DNA from: Lepidodermella squamata
Lineage: Eukaryota > Animalia > Gastrotricha
Length of the DNA: 64,000 bases
Assembly: GCA_047495785.1 (NCBI GenBank)
Contig: JBLDXI010000024.1
Span: forward strand, 1,550,001-1,614,000
Direction of reading: 5' to 3'
The translations under genes and the position numbers were made by a program. This document shows positions 38,301-50,600 of the stretch, piece by piece. How positions within the stretch are numbered: position 1 is the stretch's first letter; each line of letters opens with the position of its first letter. The notes below the pieces were generated by a model that ran no database searches, was not told the origin of the DNA, and saw nothing but the letters and a program-made list of their open reading frames with translations.

Positions 38301-41123
38301 CTGGAATCGCCAGAGAAACGGCTCATTCGTAATATATACCACGATGACTCTTATGTCGTGATAACGAATTTCGTCGATAGCATCGTCTGTTATGTCCAAG
38401 ACAAGGTTAAAAGTTGGAACCTTAATACCACTCTGCAGCGCGTAATTGTTGACGTATGTTGCGGCAATGTAGTCGTTTGGAGCGCTGGCCAGTGTTATAA
38501 TTCCTATTTTCGACCACTTGCCAATGTCTTTGAAGAAGTGAACCATAGATATTGCGTTAAGCTCTCCATTAGACTGCACGGGGTACAAATTAGGATAGGT
38601 CACGTGATCAGCGAGAAATGGAGCAGAGCATGCGATGGCAAGTCCAACCATGTTGAAATATTTCAGCGGCTTCCCGTAGGGTTTGCAACCAATGGAGAAA
38701 AATGGCCCGAGGAATATCGGCGAGCGAATTAGACCGTCATCTGATCTGTTTTCCCACATTCGGCCGTATCTAACGAGTTCGCGGACTGGGGCGTAGCCTT
38801 GCGTGAATCCCTCTTCATCTCGATAGTCAGGCACAATGTTGTAGTCAGGCAGAACGTCACTTCTGTTGTTGGCATGATCTATCGCGATTTTCACAGCTGG
38901 CGCGCACGGTGCATGCACAATGGGGAACACTTGAAGTATAGAAATGTTGAATTTCTTTTTCTGGCAGCTAACATGCGTGGTAAATGCAAGCAGAATCAAG
39001 AAAATGTATTCCATTCGCGACATGCTTGCGAAAATGTACGTTAAAGGCAGGTTAAAAATGTTAATTAATGATTTTGCTTTTCGCAGCTTTAATGAGTTTA
39101 CCAAAAAGCATCCCACGCGAATATCGCCGCACCGGGACATGTTTTTTTAATATCATCATCTCCGCTATCGTGGAAATGTTGAAGTTACGAGGCGTTTTAT
39201 TTATAAGTATGTCTATATTTCTAAATATATTGACCAGCAATCAAGAATGCAGGGGAAGGGGTTCAATTTCCCCAGAGGAAATCCGCGCTGTAATTAGTGA
39301 TTTCAGGTAATAACTACGGAAGCTTCGATATAATTATCAAGGTGTCTTAAAATCAGGTGGCTGAAATCATCGAGCGATGATGTCGTTCTTTGCTGCTCAT
39401 CGGCCAGCTGAGATAACATTGTTTGTTTGCTGGTAAAGTCAGGAGTTTTTTCTCTGTTTCGTAAAGTTCAATCTAAGGTTCAGGATCTCAAAGGTTTATG
39501 AGCTTTCCAACTGCAAAATCATGTCTTTGCGAGCAAATTTGAAAAGGCTAAGTTATCTCAGTTTTACAGATTAGATATTATTCTTAATCCGTTTGAAATG
39601 CAGAATATTAAGGAAAACATGTCGAATATTACGTAACCGGAAAGCCGGAAAGCCGTCCGAATTCGTAGAAAATACAGGAAAAATAAAATATTTCTGTAGC
39701 GAATTTTCGAAAGCAAAAACCTGTAGCAGTAGCTGTATTTTTTGTTGCGAATAAAAAAACCCTCACAGATTTTAGGGTATTTTATTTGGATTTTTATAAT
39801 CAATCATTAAATTCTGAACAATTTTGAAATGCATTTTTGGGCGAATTAATTATTCAAAATAAGGATCCGCTAAAAGAAGGACCCCTTAAATAATTTCACT
39901 TCAATAATTTTGAATTTCGGCCCATTGAATATAAGGCCCATTTCTGATATATAAGAAATTATCCGAAGAAAACTATGGGCGGTCATTTGAAGTTCCAGCC
40001 CCCAATTTGAGGCTTCAGCACTAGATTTCTCCAAGAATGGTTGTCGAGTTCTCGATTTGCAAACGTTTGTATCATGTTAGATTGATTGATCTCACTGCTA
40101 CACGTTATCGGTGGTCAGTTTATAATTTATGCTTCAGCCTTCATAGAGCCGATATAGATTTTAATCATCGATTTTACGATTAAGCGATTTCTCCAATATT
40201 TGCAGTGCTGGAAGACAGCATTAAGAATTTTTTGCCTGAGGATGCCATTTAGATAAAATACACAATCTCAAGGTCACATGGCGTATCATTATTGAACAAG
40301 GATGGAAAAATCGAAATCGCAAAAAATAATCGCACAAATCAAGTCCACCTCAATTTTGCGATCCAGATATTTTAAACCTTTTTGGTCGTTAGAAAAACAT
40401 TTTTCACATATTAATTCGTTTTAAATGGGTAAGTTTCACATTGCAGGAGGAAAGAAACACTCTCGTTCTGTCGCAAGGTTAAACGTCCCTGGATGTTCCT
40501 AGTCCAAGTCCTAGTCCGAGCCATTTCAACTACCTAGTTAATCTAAATTCATTAGGTCGATGCCCGAGAAAACGGGTTGAACTTATGTGTACTTAGATTT
40601 CATTTGCGAATGGTATCAGTCGTTGAAATAATTAGAACAATTTATGTCACCCTTTGCTTATCAAGTCTACAACGACACTTGTCAGTTTTACTTGAAAAAC
40701 AAAATAGCTCATATAGCCCATTTTAATTGGGAAAATTGTCTTTAAATATCACGAGGTCTCAAATTTCTGGGCTATAACTAATTGAAGCTAATTTACGGAG
40801 CACAAGTTATCTAACTATAACGTACCTCATCGACGGAAAGAGGCGGTAAATGGTTGAAAATAGCAGGCCTGTGGTTAGCCTCGAAATTGTTCGGTTTCGC
40901 GATCGGAATCGACCAAGTTGTCATTTGCCGTTGCATTCGGGCAAGCTCCTACGTGATAAAAATTGGGACATTTTATCTTAAAATCAATCAACTGAAAAAC
41001 CTCATCGTCGAGATCCCGAGCGGCCAGGCCGCCGTTGTAGCGGGAAATCGTCGGCTGACCCGCGCTTTCGGTCGGGGCATTTTCAGGCAGCCGAAAGCCA
41101 ATCTCCTTCTTTCGCGCAATCAT
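20314..41123 (-). CDS. Axonemal inner-arm dynein heavy chain, DNAH3-like divergent paralogue (copy B)
   Basis: Exons 41123-41001, 40948-40826, 36220-29952, 29233-28699, 28517-27915, 27732-27637, 27295-25808, 25368-25262, 25202-24827, 24674-23039, 22424-21559, 20708-20598 and 20532-20314. AAA1 GPAGTGKTE, stalk/MTBD and C-terminal [15 protein letters not shown] are present. The 5' exons are assigned by homology to copy A. Confidence 0.88.
21170..21500. repeat. Dispersed intronic repeat family, copy 1
   Basis: AAAATTGAGGTCCCAG...TTCCAAGACTTGTAATA...AAATCGATATTTGGAATCAATATC matches 54820-55200 in the same orientation, and 25420-25745 and 27380-27560 in reverse. Confidence 0.7.
25420..25745. repeat. 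Dispersed intronic repeat family, copy 2 (inverted)
   Basis: GATATTGATTCCAAGTATCGATTT...GCTGGAACCTCAATTTT is the reverse complement of the copy 1/4 blocks. Confidence 0.65.
27380..27560. repeat. Dispersed intronic repeat family, partial copy 3 (inverted)
   Basis: AGATCTCGCTATTACGCGCATTTTG...ATATCGATTCCAATTATCGATTTTCCAAATCAGTGATTTT matches the reverse complement of about 54970-55090. Confidence 0.65.
36585..39023 (-). CDS. Class C GPCR, GABA-B-receptor-like (Venus flytrap domain plus 7TM), intronless, nested in a dynein B intron
   Basis: Single ORF with probable start MSRMEYIFLILLAFTTHVSC (signal peptide). Flytrap motifs PAVKIAIDHANNRSDVLPDY, IFLGPFFSIGC, YPNLYP and GLRGQLRF, then PPRD and seven hydrophobic segments. 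No Cys-rich domain, as in GABA-B receptors. Confidence 0.88.
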   Translation of the reverse strand: MSRMEYIFLILLAFTTHVSCQKKKFNISILQVFPIVHAPCAPAVKIAIDHANNRSDVLPDYNIVPDYRDEEGFTQGYAPVRELVRYGRMWENRSDDGLIRSPIFLGPFFSIGCKPYGKPLKYFNMVGLAIACSAPFLADHVTYPNLYPVQSNGELNAISMVHFFKDIGKWSKIGIITLASAPNDYIAATYVNNYALQSGIKVPTFNLVLDITDDAIDEIRYHDIRVIVVYITNEPFLWRFQCKAYLAGLTGPRYMFFMLNSLAAEPNNILPNAILDPWCNREIIRTQLKYSLFVGPVTQVMDDSRVSELGYNTTYFEEKMFEILKVPRTATAGSLKYVCHDATLMGIYAMHNADNRLKREYNMSLRDMNTNPEFVMKVVNQSVLTVNISGLRGQLRFSKRGYSENDLILYSYYDPMGYRNKFASVEVDTSRNYMFYGRYKVFPLEPMDWAAWNNGGNPPRDVAFSVSLTREVTPEVATAVATIAAILTLFQLGIIFVTIKNRGKPELGTSPFIKIAGYTGCIVLNGAAVAFSMKTSIDSFAISIARLVLLVFSMSIIVGVVSFRAFFLARKLPPPPKRVKIMQNGKTLNMLTVMAPDKSARQVSPNKTTEKSKVDVQPSRTIMLVSPGSSHGNTAKDPMVEFEGGIQKRTLLATFIFAVGCMLLLIIWLLADSFACELIVAPRINNYDPVTDTYFEISEVVCSSPNAIAWMASIAALHVVVLAFCSYQGYRVKQGLKTMVNSCCQEIGGIVVGPLNTLSLLLCAILIILTLQNQSSQHSATSFTSLLLSSTTSLALSYFSLKDLLLKNRVVV

Positions 41124-41674
41124 ATCAGGGTCCAATTGCTGCTGCTGCTGCTGTTGGCATTAGATGCGAATAAGTGCTGTAACTACCGATCGCTAAATGT
41201 TTTGATTTTTGTGTGGATTTAATGCGCCGTAAAATATTGAGACGAAGGTACGCAGTATCTTAGAGCTTGTTTTCGTGCTAACAACTCGATCTATACTACG
41301 CGCGTAGTTAGACCGAGCTTTATTGGGGGCCTCATTCGCTAAATTATGCATCATCGCTGTTGTCTCGTAGGGCGGCAGCAAAAATCGACCCGTAAATCGC
41401 ACTAACACGTGTTTCTTACCGCCTTGGCGACAAAAAAGAGAAATAAAATCTGCTCGAGACCTGGAAAAAATAAAATAAATTTTCATTAAACTCTCACGAA
41501 TATTTTTCAATAAATTTTATTCAAATTTCAACAAAAAAAATTCGGTTTAATATATACGGATTTTCCAGATTCCACTGCAAAGAGAAAAACAAAAAAAGCC
41601 AGCAATTAGAAAAAATTAAGAAATATTATTGCATTATATTATAAGATCAAATATTATCACAGTCTTTAAGAGAT

Positions 41675-44600
41675 CTAATCGTCAAGTTGGCACAGTAAGG
41701 CAACACCGCGATTAATCCAATGACTTTCATCGCAATCGATCGGCAACCGGATGGGTAGAACGTAATTAGTTGAATGGCCAGTTGTCGACAGAACGCCCCG
41801 CCTCGCCGAAGTTTTGTAGACCGGGCAGTTGTAGTTGGGCTTGACGGCAAATTTCGACTTCTCGCCAGGTCTCATCCAGATCTGGAAAGAAAAAATAACG
41901 AGAACGCAGTGATAAAAAGCAGGACCAAAATAAGAGGCGCGTAAACACGTTAATTATTAATCGATCGATAAATACTTACAATGGGCATTTGGTCGTACAG
42001 GACTTTCGGCGCGCTTTCGGTGAGAACATTGCGCTCGCGCGACCACGCCGCTCCGTCTAAAAATAAGCCACGACAGTAGGCGCCTTGAGACTGTGGTGGA
42101 AGAAAAAATGGGTCGTTAAATCGATACGGTTACAAAGCAACAAGGTCTTAGCAACGCAATCAAGTATAATTAAAGCTTAAATAGCATGCGATAAAAACTC
42201 ACTGTGCTGAATGATGACGGATACTTATCCCCAGTCGGCTGTTTTTTTAAAAGGTGGTTTTTGAAAAAAATTAAATGAGTGAAAAATTAGAAATTAAATC
42301 GAAAATTAAATACCGGTTTTAATTTGACGGTAACTTCGTGAATCATGACTTCGAATTCGAACCCAACCCTGTCGATCGGGGTATGCGTCATTCGGGCGAA
42401 ATTTTGCATGACACCAGTCAGGAAAGATTGAGTGAAATAGAAGCCGGAGAGCCAGAAAACCGCCGGCGTTCCTTCGTTTATCCACGACCTCAAAAACGCA
42501 ATTCGAGCCAGCAGATCCGTTACGTAACTGCCAAGCGGCTTCAACGATGGGTAGGACTTAGACATCCACATTTGCGGAACTTTACCGACCAGCATGCTGT
42601 CGAATAGATTTTCTAGCTCTGAAGACATGACAATTTGTCCCTTCACAGCTTTTTGAATATCGGCAAGAGACCGCCGAACGACCGTGATAAGGCGGTTGAA
42701 TCTGATCAGCTCTTGAATTAGGACTGTATTCATCGACTCGTCGTAACGAACAGGAAATTTGATCATCACATCTTCGACTCGGAATTCGGTAGGCATTTTC
42801 GATAAAATGTCCGCGGCTAGGTCAAAAACAACCTGTTGCGAAGATTTACCTTCGCCAGACATCTCCCGCGGCAGGGTGAGTAGAACACCGTCGAATAGCT
42901 GCAGCGTTTCTTGCATATCTCGAGACATATTGGCGTTTTCGTGAAGGCCAAATACCTCAGGATTAGTCAGGCGGGGTAGTTGTCGCAGTTTTTCGACAAA
43001 ATCTTGATGGGCCTCAACGCTAGGCACGACGTAGACCCCAGACGGGGACAATTTGTAGTCCGCTTTCGCGCAGACGTCTGTGTTGTAGTAATTTTTCAGC
43101 AGACTACTGATCAAACGGCGGTCCCAATCGTCCGTGACACGCTTTATAAATAAAAAAATATTTTAAGGAGGATTTTTTAGATTTATTTAAATTTTTATTA
43201 TTTATTATTTATTTTTTTATTATTTTTTTATTTTCTTATTAAAACTAACCCCGCTAAATTTTTATCATTTTTTCTATATTATTATTCTTTTTATTTAAAT
43301 ATTATTTTATTATTTCAACTCACCCCGCCGTAATTGCACTCTCCCGTCAAATATTTGAGGGCGTCAAGTGGGGTCTCTTCGTAGTCATTGATGAACATCA
43401 ACAGCTGCCGGACTGATATCCTGAGATCCGACTCGTTGAATTCATACGGGATGTTCCAGCCTAAAGCACCAAACTGCCTCCGCTCTTGAACAACAGCGTG
43501 GAAGAAAACCAGCCCGAATAGGAGCCGTTTGAACGTCTCAGGCCGTTTTGAAGACTCGAAAAACGCCATGTCCGAAATTGGGTCATTCAAATAGGATCTC
43601 AGCAAATTTGACCTCAAGCCTTTCGGAGGCTCGTTTATCATTTTCACCCCGTTTTGAAGGACAGAGACTGGAAAAGCTGGTGACGGGTAGCTGGTTAGCC
43701 AAAGCCGGAATTCGGTGTGAGTTTTCGTCTCATCTGATATTACAGACTCGCAGAGCCTTTCAAGCTCTCCCAGCCAACTAGCGGCTAGATGGCAATTTTG
43801 AAGTACAATCCAAGCCCCGTTTTCAACGCCTTCAATAATCATTTTTTCAGCAATCGGGCCCTGACCTTGCCCCAGCGATATTGTTTGTAACCGGCTCCCA
43901 GTCAAACCCCTCTCCTCAGCAAATTTGTATAGTGAAGCCATCGGATCAGCCCCGGGCGATAGGATGAAAATCAAAGGAGCCGTTGAGACAGAATCTGAGT
44001 AGCAAAGACCTAGGTCGAAAGTTGGAGGTTCGACATAAATCGGCCCCATATGGTCGCTGATGTACTGCTGAACGGCCGGGACAATTTTATCACTTCGAAA
44101 CAACCGGAGGACGATAAGTTTTTGCATTCTCGTCAATTTTTCACGCCACGGATCGCTGAGCTCTTGCGACTGAGGTTCAGCCGAGTCGTAGAGTTGCCGC
44201 CAGACGGCTGTGTTCTCCTGAACGTGCTCCATCAGCCCGGCGAGACCGGGTAGAGCTGACGCCCGGACAACCTCTGACCACGATTTATCGGGCAGCCACT
44301 CAGGCGCCGGGTTCTTGTGAGGGTTATCTAACGCGACACCTCCCGTCAACAGGAACCGCCATTCCACATCATCGATTTCGTTCCTGGAAATGTGGACAAT
44401 TATAATATCTGAATTTTCGGATAACAAACCGGGAAATCTCTGAAGCGTGGGCTATTCAATTTTCTTCATTTTAAATCATGGTTTTACCCTTCAAGTGGCA
44501 ATTCAAAAACACCTACAACGGACTTCTGGAATGGATAAGGTAAGTAATATTGTCAGTTGTCATATCAAAATCGAAAAAATTAACTATGAAGGAGTGGATC

Positions 44601-47600
44601 GTATAAGACCGTTAACAAGTGAAAACTGGGGTTTGACGTATTTTCTGTATTTTCCAGCAAATGCTAAACAGTGTGCTGTCTTGAAAAAGGACGATTCTTG
44701 GATTCCTAGATGCTCTTTTACTTAGTTTTTCTTGAGGATTTCGAATTTTCAAATCAGAATATCTTTTAGCGCGGAACCAAATTTTAGATAAGAAAAAGGT
44801 CGCTTTTCGAATATTTCCACGAAATTAAGGCAATTTAAGAATTCTATAATCAATAATGCGTCTTATACAGAATTTCACGCTGAATTCAAAGATAATTTAT
44901 TTAAAATGATGCCGATCAATCATGACATCCCTAAGAGGTTCGAAAATGGGGTTTAGGCCCATTGAAAATTCCAAAATTTGGCTCCGCTAACCCGCAAATT
45001 TGGTTCCGCTAAAAGCAAGACCTTTTTCAAATTCAGACCTCTAGAAGGCTCCATCCCCCTCAAAAAATGGGAAACCCAAAAAACCGCCGAAAAGGCTTAT
45101 CGATTCAGGTTGAAGTAGAAGCACTAGCTTGATTCCATCAAACTTTTTGAAAATCTAGCAAGATTCACCACCTCAGATAAACCCCAAAAAATCACGGCTG
45201 CGCATGAGAAAAATCAGCCGAATAATTTGCGCTACGAATTATTAATTGATGCAATAAAAACTGAATTTTTCGAAATTAGCAATTTTCACCTGTAAACTTT
45301 GAAGCCAATCTCCCCAGCAACCCTGATGACTATTGACCTCTTTTTGATATCGTTCCACTCCTCGTTCACTGATTTGAAAGCGGCATCAAAATTTCACGAT
45401 TTAAGTAATTTCGCCTAATTCCACTTTTCACTTGTTAACGGTCATATCTGAATTTTCGGATAACAGACCGGGAAATCTCTGAAGCGTGGGTTATTCAATT
45501 GTCTTCATTTTAAATTGCTTTCACCCCTCAAGTGGCAATTGAAAAAAATCGAAAACGGACTGTTGGAACGGATAAGGTAAGTAATATTGTCAGTTGTCAT
45601 GTGAAAATCAAAAAATTAACTATGAAGGAGTGGATCGTATGTGATAACCTGTCAATTAGAACCTACTTAGTTTTTTGAAGTGAGATGCATAGCAAGAATG
45701 AAAACAACAGCTTGTCTTTCTCGAACAGCGATCGGCACACATTTTTGTAAATGCTGTAGGTAAAGTACTCGTTCAAATTGTGAATTCGGTCGTCTAAAAC
45801 ATCAGACGGCGTGCTCTCGGTGATGGACTATAGGGACAATATACAGTAATATGTCTAATTGCTAGGACGTTTAAATTAGTTTTACCCGAATATACAAATT
45901 GATGAACCAGGTGAGGGAGTACTGGTACATAGGATCTATGTTGGCCATGTCCGATATTGTGAAAAACAGCACACTGCTGTGCTTAGCCACAGGCCGATAC
46001 CCGTTTCTCACGTCATCAATTTCTTTTTCTGTCACTGATGCGATTTTCTGCTTTTCAGAAATTTCTTCGGACAAAACTTTGCTGGATGACAAAACGTTAA
46101 TTGCCTGTTCGTCCTCGAGAATATTGCCCTGGGATGAGGACAGAATTTCGAGAATTTTGTCCTCAAGTTCCTTCAATTGGCGACGATTCTGGGCAGATTC
46201 CAGGATCAAATGGTTCTTCTTCTCCTCAAGTTGAGGTTTCTCCTTAGCTGCAACAATGCCTAACAACTGGTCCTCCAACCCAGCCGGGGTGATCATGAAG
46301 TTGACCAGGGTGACTTTAACGCTAACCTCAGGCAAATAGTGCGGGTTCCTCAGTCTAGTCGTGATATAGAACCGGAAGTCTTTCGAGTATTCAATCACGT
46401 GATCACCCAGACGCAGGTAATCCACCCCGTTTTGCTTGAATACCGATTTAAGGAGGAGCGGTTCGAGCACAGGATCCAGCTCTTCGCCGATATTTTCGAG
46501 TAAGCACGGCGTCCCGAACTGAATGCATGTTTCTAAGCTGCGCAAGTACGTCGGGTCAGACATTTTGATGACGCACAGCCGATTTCCCTTCTCCATATTC
46601 TTTATCCAACGATTAGCTTGCCCTTGCGGGTCGATCATAAGAGGCCACCTCGAGGCATTCGCAACGATGATACCGTTGTCAGTTGAATAGCTGTATTAAA
46701 TTTCAATTTTTAGAATTCCTGAGCTAATTTTAGATTATTTTTACCTATCGACGGGCAGACCTGCGATTTGCCAGTCTCGGATTTTCACCGGCTCGCCTAA
46801 AACCGTGGCTAGGTTGAAGATCTCCGAGCAGGGTATGCCTCGTTCAATGCATTGATTGTGCCAGTTGGTGACAGTTTGCTGTAATCAAAAATAGACTCTT
46901 CACCCACGTGAAAAAAATCGGTCAATTCCTGATCAATTAACGCAAATTAAATTCCGCGTCAAAGTCTGATTTTTTTGTTCTGTTCTAGAAGTTTTAAAAG
47001 CTTGTGGGATAACTAGCATTTTTCTCGACGATGAGTATCTCTGCATTATGTCTCTTATTGGCTTTACTCATAATCTCTACGGCTGGTTCCGAGCAGCTTC
47101 AGCCATCAGCGGATAAACGCTTCACTCAGCAAGCAATAACGAATTCAGTTATGATGAACAGACAGCGAGGAAAAGCTAATGTAAGATCCTATAAATTTTC
47201 TTTCAATTTTCAAAAATTTCAATTCTAGGACCCTTGGATGAACATGCGATCAAAAGGCCGAGATTTCGACATTTTCTCTGGCCGATCAAAAACCCGCAAC
47301 AAAAAGCAACTGCTAACAACTACGAGAAATATAAAACGGAGTAAAAGCTACGTCGAAGACCTAAAAATGGAGCCACTTTTCACTCATTGTTGCGTGATAG
47401 GTTGAGCCTCAATCACCCCGGTTTCTGACGTTTTTATCTCAGAATAAACATACCTGTCTGAATTGAAGTGTCAAAGGCCCGAGATAGGTGACAATGCCCG
47501 CTGATAGAAGGACATCTCCTATGATGTTGTCGTAGGTCCGACTTAAAGTTTCGACAATCGACGTCCATCGGTCTCTCTCCCCGCCCAGGCCACTTATCAA

Positions 47601-50600
47601 TTTTTCAGCTCGTTGAATCTTGACACCGCACATGATGATATCAGTCTCAAGATTTTTCTTCTCCTCAGACTTTTCCATGAATTCCTTTTCAAAGGCGTCC
47701 AGTTTATCGAGGTAAACTTTCAATTCGGCCTGTTTCGCCTGTAGTTTGCTCATTTGCTCGGCTAGCGAAGCTTCGGCAGCTTCGAGGCTCTTCTTTTTAG
47801 GTGCTACGACCTTAGCAACCCGTTCGTAGACCTCAAGAGCCCGGACCCATTTGCACAGACCCTCGCAGGCAGATGACACGTTTTTGATTATCGCTGGGTC
47901 AAAATCTGGATTACTGATGAATTTATCTCGGATTGTTTTGATGATCAGGCCTGGAATGTTGTCTTTGTCATATTCGCGCAGTGAATCAAGAAATTTCATA
48001 TCACCAAGCATCTGAAAAATAAATGAATAAAAATTAAATTAAAATTAAAAACTGTAATTAAACTTTAATTAAACTTTTCAATTTTATTTTTTTCATTTTG
48101 TCAAATTTGAATTTGAATTTTTTTTAAATTCCGCTAAATTTCATAATTTTAGAAAAAATTAAGGTGGAATTTTTACCTTTTTAGCTTCTGGCCAATAGTC
48201 TTCGATCATTTTCCCATTAGGATCTTTGACACGAGCTGGTTTGATGCCTTTCATAACACAAACAGCTTCCATGACCAATCTAACACCAGCCGGGGGTTTC
48301 AACATGGTCTTCACTACAGTGATATCGTTTGAATTTAGGGTGTCCAAAGCTGCTACAGCAGCTTGCATCGCCGGCATAGCTTCGGCTAGTTTTTCCTCGC
48401 ATTCATCCTTAATAGCCTTCGCCTCCTGAGCCGCTTGATTCGCAACAGCTTCATCAGCCTCGACCAACGCCTTTTTCTCCTCAACTTGCTGCGTTTCGGC
48501 GATAATCACTTTCATCAACTCCTCAGACTCGATGTTTTTCCGCTCGAGTAAGGGCTGTTTTTCAGTCAGTTCGACCTTCATATCTTCAACCTGCCGGCCT
48601 GAGAATTCCAGTTTCTCCAGCCCGACAATGTATCGATTTTTCAACGTCAACAGCTCTTGTCGCTTTTTCGCCAGCAGCGACTTGAAAGTTTTGATCAATT
48701 CTAGGAAAAACGTTGGCGTGATGTAGATACGCCGCCGCATCATTTGCCAAAATCGGTCGCTCAAATCAACGACAGATTGATGGAAAAGCTTGCACATGTG
48801 AACGGTGTGCTGGCGAACCTCCGGCGTCATCTCAACAGAATCAAGGAATCGATTCGCGACCAGCTCCAGCGCATCTTCCGGCCACGGTTTGAACCAATCG
48901 ATTGTGCAACAGTTGATCAACGACGGGAATTGTCTTAGACGATTTCGGAATGCGTCGCCAATTGGGCTGAAAGCTAGTACAACGTGTAGGTTTCGCCGAA
49001 TCCTTTCAACAAATCGATTGTACAGATTCATCGGTGTCATTTCAATCATGGCGGCTTCAGCTTGGGCAAGAGTTTGCATCTGAAAGAAAAATAGTTGTAA
49101 GGTGGATTCTAGGAGGTGATATTGGACTCGGTAACTTTTCGGGGTTGAAAGTTACGAAAATTGAGTTTTTGCATAAAATTGACCGTTTCATTAGATTTTA
49201 TTTGAAATAAAAATAAAGGTTTTAGGACCCTCTCATATCTTCGTGAGATCGAAAGTTTGTGAATAAAAATCGGATATTTTCTATTTCCTATTCTCCCTGA
49301 AAAAAAATCCGGTGATGAATGTTGGTAGGGTGGAAAATCCGGCAATTTCCAGGTAAAAAAACCATGTATAAAATCGCACTTTCCTTGAGTTAAAAAAATC
49401 CCATCTCAAATTTTTATTCGCCAGTCGTCTGAATTTGCCAAAAACTTTTTTAATTGCCAAAAAAATATAAAAGAAAAATTATATAAATTCGCGAAATTTA
49501 CAGGAAAATCAGGTATGACCTGAGTTCGAATTTCGGATTTTTTTTTTATCCTATGCTGATTTTTGGCCTTCAAAAACAAGTTTTCTCCAAAGTTACCTCT
49601 CGTTTTTTAAGTTGAATTAAAAAAAATTACGTGTTCAATGATTTCCAGTCGCTCTTCATTTTCGTAAAGATTTGGGATATCAGCCGTGTTTAGGATCATG
49701 TTGATATCTTCAAGGAATGCTTCATCCTTAATCTGATGGTCTCCGAATAGGAAAACAGTCTGCATCCCCTCATCGCCAGCTAGACGCAGGACCTTTCTAA
49801 CGTCATTTCGCCATTCATTGAAATTGTAATTTTTCGCAATTTCGATCTGAAACAAATCGTACTCGGCCATGAAAGCTGCGAGTTTAGCCAAACTCTGCCG
49901 GCCCGACCCTCCGATGCCGATTAGCAAACAATGACCGTTTGGCTGCTTCAAAACACGGCTGATTCTCGAAACGTGTTCAATAGCGAAACGAAACATGACT
50001 AGATACATCGGCGATTTCGAGACTAAATTGTACTCTTCGAGATATTTTTCGAGAATCTAATGAAAAAAGAGTTAAAAATTGGTAAAAAAAATGAATCCAA
50101 CCTACATTTTGCGTTTCTTCAAGGTCGGATACTTCATCGTAGATCCTGTCAACCTCTTTCAAGCTGTGAAAGTCGTTGAACATCAGCGATCTAAGGTCGT
50201 CATCTGTCGGAGTTAATGCAGCTTGCTTCATTAGATGAGCGAATAATTGCGGAAATTTCTCCCTAAGCAACCGCTCGGACGTATCTCGAACCATGTTGAA
50301 GAAGAAATCGCGATCGGAATCGTCGACAAGACGGTCGTAGAAAACTCGGTAAACTTCATGCACCCAAAGCCGGGCTAATTTCGACTTCCCATCAGCATCG
50401 AAAATACTTGCTTTAACCAGCAAAAGACCCTGAACTACTCGAGCAAAGTCTCGCAGGTTGAAGATGTAATGACTTTTAGTCGGAGTTGGCAGGAAAGTGA
50501 TCATAGCTGATTTGTACACCTCCAATGTAGCCATAATCAACATTCGAGCGTAGGTCTTGAAATTAACGTCGAAACCAGTCTGGCTGTAATGCCACTCGAT

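Noticed and set aside
41193-41510. ORF between the two dyneins as a separate gene
   Set aside because: It could not be spliced in frame to dynein B exon 1 and has no recognisable motif. It is more likely 5' UTR or promoter of dynein B.
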